Below, piece by piece: positions 57,520 to 64,000 of a stretch of DNA of 64,000 bases (its first letter is position 1; the number at the start of each line of letters is the position of its first letter). Below the pieces are notes generated by a model. The model ran no database searches, was not told the DNA's origin, and worked only from the letters and a program-made list of their open reading frames with translations. The stretch comes from TPA_inf: Saccharomyces (lineage: Eukaryota), in NCBI GenBank assembly GCA_000146045.2, contig BK006939.2:96001-160000 (forward strand). The letters are read 5' to 3'. Both the position numbers and the translations under genes were made by a program.

Positions 57520-59808
57520 ATGTTGGCACTCCGGAGATTTATATTAAACCAAAGGTCTTTGAGATCGTGTACCATACCGATTCTAGTCGGAGCCTTGATC
57601 ATTATTCTCGTGCTATTCCAACTAGTTACCCACCGAAATGATGCGCTTATACGATCAAGCAATGTAAACAGTACAAACAAGAAAACATTGAAAGATGCAG
57701 ATCCTAAGGTTCTTATTGAAGCCTTCGGCTCTCCTGAGGTCGACCCAGTGGATACAATTCCAGTATCGCCACTAGAATTAGTTCCATTTTATGACCAGTC
57801 TATAGATACTAAAAGGAGTTCTAGTTGGCTAATCAATAAGAAGGGCTATTATAAGCATTTCAACGAATTAAGCTTAACTGATAGATGTAAATTTTATTTC
57901 CGGACACTGTATACGCTAGACGATGAATGGACTAATAGTGTGAAGAAACTGGAGTACAGCATAAATGATAATGAAGGAGTTGACGAAGGTAAAGATGCGA
58001 ATGGAAATCCAATGGATGAGAAATCCGAGAGATTGTATCGCCGGAAATATGATATGTTCCAGGCATTTGAGAGAATAAGAGCCTATGATAGATGTTTTAT
58101 GCAGGCCAATCCAGTTAATATTCAAGAAATTTTTCCGAAAAGTGATAAGATGTCGAAAGAGAGGGTTCAATCAAAATTAATCAAAACCTTAAATGCTACT
58201 TTCCCTAATTATGATCCAGACAATTTTAAGAAATACGATCAATTCGAATTCGAGCACAAAATGTTTCCGTTTATAAATAACTTTACCACAGAGACTTTTC
58301 ATGAGATGGTTCCAAAAATCACATCACCTTTTGGAAAAGTATTAGAGCAAGGCTTCTTACCCAAGTTCGATCATAAAACTGGTAAAGTGCAGGAGTATTT
58401 CAAATATGAATACGATCCATCAAAAACCTTCTGGGCCAATTGGAGGGATATGAGCGCCAAAGTAGCCGGTCGTGGTATTGTATTGAGTTTAGGTTCCAAC
58501 CAATTTCCATTAGCTGTCAAATTTATTGCTTCTTTGAGATTTGAAGGGAATACTTTACCGATCCAAGTGGTCTATAGAGGCGATGAGCTGTCGCAAGAAC
58601 TAGTGGACAAACTTATATATGCTGCTAGAAGTCCTGATTTCAAACCAGTAGAAAATAATTACGATAATTCTACCAATGTTCCACAAGAAATTTGGTTCCT
58701 AGATGTTTCTAATACCATCCACCCTAAGTGGCGAGGTGACTTCGGTAGTTATAAAAGTAAATGGCTAGTGGTTCTACTCAATCTTTTGCAAGAATTTGTC
58801 TTTTTAGATATTGATGCTATTAGTTATGAAAAAATTGATAACTACTTCAAGACCACTGAATACCAGAAGACAGGAACTGTATTTTACAGGGAAAGGGCGC
58901 TAAGAGAAAACGTGAATGAAAGATGTATTGCTAGATATGAAACTCTATTGCCTAGAAACCTTGAATCTAAAAATTTCCAAAACTCACTTCTTATCGATCC
59001 TGATCATGCTCTCAACGAATGTGACAATACTTTAACTACAGAAGAGTACATATTCAAAGCTTTTTTTCATCATAGAAGGCAGCACCAGTTAGAAGCTGGT
59101 TTATTTGCTGTCGACAAATCAAAACACACGATCCCCCTAGTGCTTGCTGCTATGATTCATTTGGCCAAAAATACAGCCCACTGCACACATGGTGATAAAG
59201 AGAATTTCTGGTTAGGGTTCTTGGCCGCAGGTCACACTTATGCACTGCAGGGAGTGTATTCCGGAGCTATTGGTGATTATGTAAAGAAAACCGACTTGAA
59301 CGGAAAGAGGCAAGAAGCTGCAGTCGAAATATGTTCCGGGCAAATAGCACATATGTCTACTGATAAGAAAACTTTACTTTGGGTTAACGGTGGAGGTACC
59401 TTTTGTAAACACGATAATGCTGCTAAAGATGATTGGAAAAAAGATGGCGACTTTAAGAAATTCAAAGATCAATTCAAGACTTTTGAAGAAATGGAAAAAT
59501 ATTATTACATAACTCCAATCAGCAGCAAATATGTCATCTTACCTGATCCAAAATCTGATGATTGGCATAGGGCCTCTGCAGGTGCTTGTGGTGGTTATAT
59601 ATGGTGTGCCACACATAAAACCCTCCTAAAGCCATATAGTTATAACCACAGAACCACTCACGGCGAATTAATAACTCTAGATGAGGAGCAGCGCCTACAT
59701 ATTGATGCTGTCAACACTGTTTGGTCACATGCTAATAAAGATAACACCAGATCATTCACTGAAGAAGAGATCAAGGAATTAGAAAATTCTAGACACGAAC
59801 AAAGCTAG
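57520..59808 (+). CDS. MNN1: Golgi alpha-1,3-mannosyltransferase, type II membrane protein (762 aa)
   Basis: ATG at 57520 (MLALRRFILNQRSLRS), followed by an N-terminal signal anchor. Length and sequence match MNN1. Confidence 0.93.
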   Translation: MLALRRFILNQRSLRSCTIPILVGALIIILVLFQLVTHRNDALIRSSNVNSTNKKTLKDADPKVLIEAFGSPEVDPVDTIPVSPLELVPFYDQSIDTKRSSSWLINKKGYYKHFNELSLTDRCKFYFRTLYTLDDEWTNSVKKLEYSINDNEGVDEGKDANGNPMDEKSERLYRRKYDMFQAFERIRAYDRCFMQANPVNIQEIFPKSDKMSKERVQSKLIKTLNATFPNYDPDNFKKYDQFEFEHKMFPFINNFTTETFHEMVPKITSPFGKVLEQGFLPKFDHKTGKVQEYFKYEYDPSKTFWANWRDMSAKVAGRGIVLSLGSNQFPLAVKFIASLRFEGNTLPIQVVYRGDELSQELVDKLIYAARSPDFKPVENNYDNSTNVPQEIWFLDVSNTIHPKWRGDFGSYKSKWLVVLLNLLQEFVFLDIDAISYEKIDNYFKTTEYQKTGTVFYRERALRENVNERCIARYETLLPRNLESKNFQNSLLIDPDHALNECDNTLTTEEYIFKAFFHHRRQHQLEAGLFAVDKSKHTIPLVLAAMIHLAKNTAHCTHGDKENFWLGFLAAGHTYALQGVYSGAIGDYVKKTDLNGKRQEAAVEICSGQIAHMSTDKKTLLWVNGGGTFCKHDNAAKDDWKKDGDFKKFKDQFKTFEEMEKYYYITPISSKYVILPDPKSDDWHRASAGACGGYIWCATHKTLLKPYSYNHRTTHGELITLDEEQRLHIDAVNTVWSHANKDNTRSFTEEEIKELENSRHEQS

Positions 59809-60802
59809 AATGCATTAACCAGTGTTTTTTCTAACTGTTTATGGTACTAGCCTTTGTGAACATGTATAGTAAAGCATATCGGACGTAGTTTTTTAAGAAC
59901 CTTGTTTATTACACTTTGACGGTTAGGAGTTTTATTGGAATTACCTCACTTTGCACATAAACCTCTAGAAAAGAAGGTAATACACAATGCTTTCGATCGA
60001 TTTGATAAATAATAGTAATTCATATTGGCATAATGCTACATATACGTATATATATTTTTTTTACTCTTTTAATAATCAAATTAACTTAATAATTGTTGAG
60101 AATCTGGTGAAGGTTTTCTTTTTCTTTTATTTTTTATTCTTTTTTTTCAGGCAAGTTTTATATTTCTCTTATTCAGAAAGTCTACGTCAAAGAGTCATTG
60201 AAAGCTTTTATCTTAGATAAAACTATTGGGCTTCCAACAGCATAAAAAGGCCGCTTAAGTACCTGTGATAATAGGTACTAATTATAATCGTAATGTTTAC
60301 CTGATATTACTTTCTAGTGTAAATAACTGTGCAGTAATCTTTTGGGTAATTTCTTTTCATATTTAACTAGTGCACATACTCGCATTATGACCATTGTATG
60401 CGTTCAATACTAAGGGACAATAAAACAAGCATTATACTATATGTTGTATTGCTTCCAATGATTGAAAAAGCAACAGTTACCGCTACAAAGGGTACTATTT
60501 ACTCAAATCTATAAAAGAAACCAAGCCATATATTTGAGATAAGCGGCTTGATTAGCTCTACTTTATATTCAATAGCGTGCTGGGTAAAATTCTATTTGTT
60601 ATTTTATTGGTTTAAACGTTACCCGAACAGAACACTTTTATGTAAATTTTTTTTTATCGACACTTTTTTTCAGAATGGAATAAAAAGAAAAATAGGCGAT
60701 GAGATAAATTTATAACAGTCGTCAATTCTCAAAAAAGCAGAGTTCAAGATATTGAGTTTAATATCAAACTGCAAATACACTAAGTAAAAAAAGTTGCATA
60801 CA

Positions 60803-61498
60803 ATGACATCCGTTAGAAAAAGAAAGATGAACAGATCTTCTGTTGGGAAAGCAACCAGGAGAAACAAAGACAAACAAAGAAAGATTAACATCCAGTCTAA
60901 TCCGATTATTGCAGCAAATTGGGACTATTCACTGACAATGGCACAAAACTATAAGAAATTAGGGCTAAGGGCTAAATTACAAACACCAGCAGGAGGCAAA
61001 GAGGCCGATTTAAGTAAAGTAGTTAAAAGAATTCCATTAACGAAGCCTGTGTTGGATGAAGATGAAGATGAAGATGAAGGTGAGGACGAGCAAAATGATT
61101 ATAATGCGGCTACCGTGGAGCTCGATGAAAATGAGATACCAGAAGGTGGGGCAAGGATACAGCGTGATAAGAATGGTGATGTTGTAAGAGTTGTTTACGG
61201 TAAGAAAAAGAACTTTGATGCTGATGAGGATGTTAACGAAATAAAAGCTAGGGATACTACCGAGGAGACCGAAGTGGTTAAGAAATTAGAAGAACTTGCG
61301 TCTAGACCAGTTATCAGAAAGGAACGTAGCCAAAGTGAAAGGGAAGAAGAATGGTTGGAAAAATTATATAAGAAACACGGTGATGATTATAAAAAAATGT
61401 TTTTCGATAAGAAGCTGAACATCTACCAGCAATCTGAGGGTGACTTGAAAAGAAGGTTATTAAGGTGGAAAAAAAGAAACGGTATTGCATCAAAATAA
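60803..61498 (+). CDS. NOP16: Nucleolar 60S ribosome-biogenesis protein (231 aa)
   Basis: ATG confirmed at 60803 ([13 protein letters not shown]). Highly basic N-terminus and an acidic stretch. Position matches YER002W. Confidence 0.8.
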
Positions 61499-61735
61499 AC
61501 CAATGGCAACTACCAATTGATTACCACGTAATATTTATATATGTATCTATATATGTTTTTATGCATCAATATCAAGTGTTTTAGAGAACAGCAAATTATG
61601 TTTGATATTTCCATTCCACTATATTATAGAACGTGAGAAGCAAATAGAAAACTGTGAAATAAAGTAGACTTCAAATAAATAAGTATAATATTTTCTCTAT
61701 TATAGATATAAGAAAATTAAGAAATAGAAAGAAAG

Positions 61736-63118
61736 CTAATTTGGTTCCACAAAGGCTCTATAGGTAGTAAACGCCTCATCTTCAGCTTCCAAATCAACAG
61801 GCAAATGTGGAGCGATGAAAAAGACAAAACCGGGTTCAGCTTTCAATTTTTGGCCATCTGCTTTAATGTAACCATTACCTTTTGTAGTGATTAAGATACT
61901 TGGACCATCAACACCTTCAAAATGCCTTTGACCAAGTTTCTCATCAAAAGTAGTCTCCAATACAGCAAATTCTTCGATTGGAGGGTTATATAAAACTGAC
62001 TTACCGTTACCAGAGGACCTGTCGAACTTTAAAGGCTGCATTTTTTGCTTTTCCACAGGATCATATGTATAGGTTAACATGGAGACCAAGTTTTTAACAT
62101 CCTTGAATTTTGGAGTGAAGCCTGCTCTAACTACGTTGTCAGAAGCAGCCATACATTCCATAATATCACCGCTTATATAGGCGTGAGGATCCTTAGCTCT
62201 TAAAAAGATGGCTTCACCAGCATTCAATCTGCAGTGATTCAACAATAAACATCCACAAAACAAACCCACGTCATCAGGGAACTGTTTATTCAGTCTTTGA
62301 ATTAATTCTGGTAAATCAGGTTTGTTAAAGTCTGATGGAGAATTCTTTGATCTTTCGACCAAGGAGCGAGCTTGAATCTTGATTTTGTCATCCGAAGCGT
62401 TCATGACCCTGCTGAAAACAGCTTGCAATAGCTTTTTGTTTTGCTCATCTTCTGGGGAACCTTTCTGAGCAGAAGGTTGAATGTTCTCAATAAAATTCCT
62501 GGAAGTTTCTTCACCAACAATGTTGCGTAATTCAGGAATACGTTTCAATTCATCTGCAATCTCTTGCAAAGGTTTGAACCCGCAGAAACCTTCAAAGTCA
62601 GTCACAGCGATGGCCATTTCAGGTTTGTGATTATCATCAGGATAGTTCTTAGGATCTTGAGCGTGCAATATTTTACCCAAGGCTTTGTCGGGATGTGCTT
62701 GAATAGACAAGACTTTTTCAATGGACAAAACTTTGAAAAGGAAGGGCAATTCATTTGTGGCGTGGAACTTATCAATAATGTCCTTACCTAACATGGCAGA
62801 GGGGTTCTTGGAGATGATATCTCTCAGGGATTCCTTAGACTCATGGTTGTAGGAAGGCATCTTGCTGTGGGTACCCATCCATAACTCTGCATATGGTTTA
62901 TCTTGTTCAATTTGAACAGAGGGGTCAGAATGGGCAGCAAATTGAGCGACAGCTGAAGAAGAGCCGATTTTACCCCAGTCGTATTGTTGGTAGCCTACAT
63001 AGAGTCGTACGCGTTAGTTAGTGTACCAAAAAAAAAAAAAAAAAATACTCAAAGTATTCAAAATATTTGACGAAAAATGGCACATACCTGCATCTAACCT
63101 GAACAGCTTGTTGGACAT
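61736..63118 (-). CDS. PMI40: Mannose-6-phosphate isomerase, spliced; exon 1 is 63088..63118, the intron is 62995..63087, exon 2 is 61736..62994 (429 aa)
   Basis: The minus strand reads ATGTCCAACAAGCTGTTCAGGTTAGATGCAG|GTATGT. A branch-point-like CACTAACTAAC follows, then the 3' splice site TATGTAG|GCTACCAACAATAC. The spliced protein is MSNKLFRLDAGYQQYDWGKIGSSSAVAQFAAHS... joined to the long exon-2 ORF. Confidence 0.9.
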
Positions 63119-63579
63119 GTTTTAAAATTTTCTGGTCTGATGTTCTTTACGTGTTTAGTGTTGAATGATTACAAGAAACAAACATTTTATACAGAAATAT
63201 ACTAAGATTGCGACGTGTATATTTAAATACGTAAATCGCGGCGAAAAAGGACACGGACGCGACAAAAAATTGCTACAATAACCAAGCAGCACGAAATGGA
63301 TAGTGCACCACGAGACTTGGCATGATCAAAGTGCAAAAGAAAGCAGAATAACAAATTACTCCCGCAAAGTACTAGCTATATCAGGGAACGACTTTATTGG
63401 CATCTTGTTGTAGCAAGGTTTTCATGATTCTCATCCTTGCGCTTGTCGCGCGGCACGATGCCAGTGCGGAGTTTCCGCGATATGATGTAACTGCAGCTGT
63501 TGGTGGCGAACTTTGCATAAGATCGACCTCCTACTGATGAGAAAGATAGGATGGATTATATAGAAGAGCACAAGCAACG

Positions 63580-64000
63580 ATGAATGGGTTGGTATTAGGC
63601 GCTACAGGTTTATGCGGAGGCGGGTTTCTGAGGCACGCACAGGAGGCACCCCAGTTCTCTAAGGTATACGCGATCTTGAGAAGGGAATTGCCCTTTCCGG
63701 CCACTGATAAAGTTGTGGCCATAGTAGAAAGGGATAATTCAAAGTGGTCACAATTGATCACCAATGAAATGAATCCGCAGGTGCTATTCACCGCACTGGC
63801 AACGACAAGGGCAGCTGCAGGCGGTTTGGACAAGCAATACAAGATCGATCATGATTTAAACTTACAATTGGCCCAGGCTGCCAAGGAAAAAGGATGTGAA
63901 ACGATCGTTCTCGTTTCTTCCGCTGGTGCTCATCCGGACTCCAGGTTCGGCTACATGAAGATGAAGGGCGAGATTGAACGCGATGTTATCGCTCTTGATT
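63580..64000 (+). CDS. FMP52: Mitochondrial NAD(P)-binding Rossmann-fold protein, N-terminal part; the CDS continues past the window end
   Basis: ATG at 63580 (MNGLVLGATGLCGGGFL), a GxxGxxG dinucleotide-binding motif, and an open frame to position 64000. Position matches YER004W. Confidence 0.8.
   Translation, partial: MNGLVLGATGLCGGGFLRHAQEAPQFSKVYAILRRELPFPATDKVVAIVERDNSKWSQLITNEMNPQVLFTALATTRAAAGGLDKQYKIDHDLNLQLAQAAKEKGCETIVLVSSAGAHPDSRFGYMKMKGEIERDVIALD

Overview
The window is Saccharomyces cerevisiae chromosome V from YEL030W (ECM10 3' end) across the centromere CEN5 to YER004W (FMP52 5' end), in the reference gene order. I read the sequence and the ORF track by hand; the ORF track calls some ORFs from non-ATG codons (for example TTG for YEA6), so I re-derived CDS starts at the true ATGs. 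The window contains about 36 protein-coding genes, including URA3, GCN4 with its four uORFs, VMA3, RIP1, GEA2, VAC8, GLC3, WBP1 and MNN1. Three of them have introns with very small first exons: UBC8, GIM4 and PMI40. There is one RNase P RNA gene (RPR1) and four tRNA genes (initiator Met, Gln-UUG, Lys-CUU, Arg-UCU). Ty1 delta and Ty4 tau solo LTRs and older LTR debris cluster at the Lys and Arg tRNA genes, and a degenerate delta sits upstream of the iMet tRNA; the Gln tRNA has no LTR association. The point centromere CEN5 (CDEI-CDEII-CDEIII) lies at 55987..56104. I see no evidence of an undescribed multi-gene system. The least-characterised elements are YEL023C (an N-terminal DUF2235/Tle1-like alpha/beta-hydrolase domain with a GFSRG nucleophile motif), the 1188-aa orphan YEL025C, the small signal-peptide ORF YEL028W, a GC-rich island upstream of GTT3, a (TGTAAY)n hexamer array upstream of MIT1, and an imperfect palindrome downstream of the iMet tRNA. 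Every name is assigned from memory of protein sequences and gene order; no database search was run.
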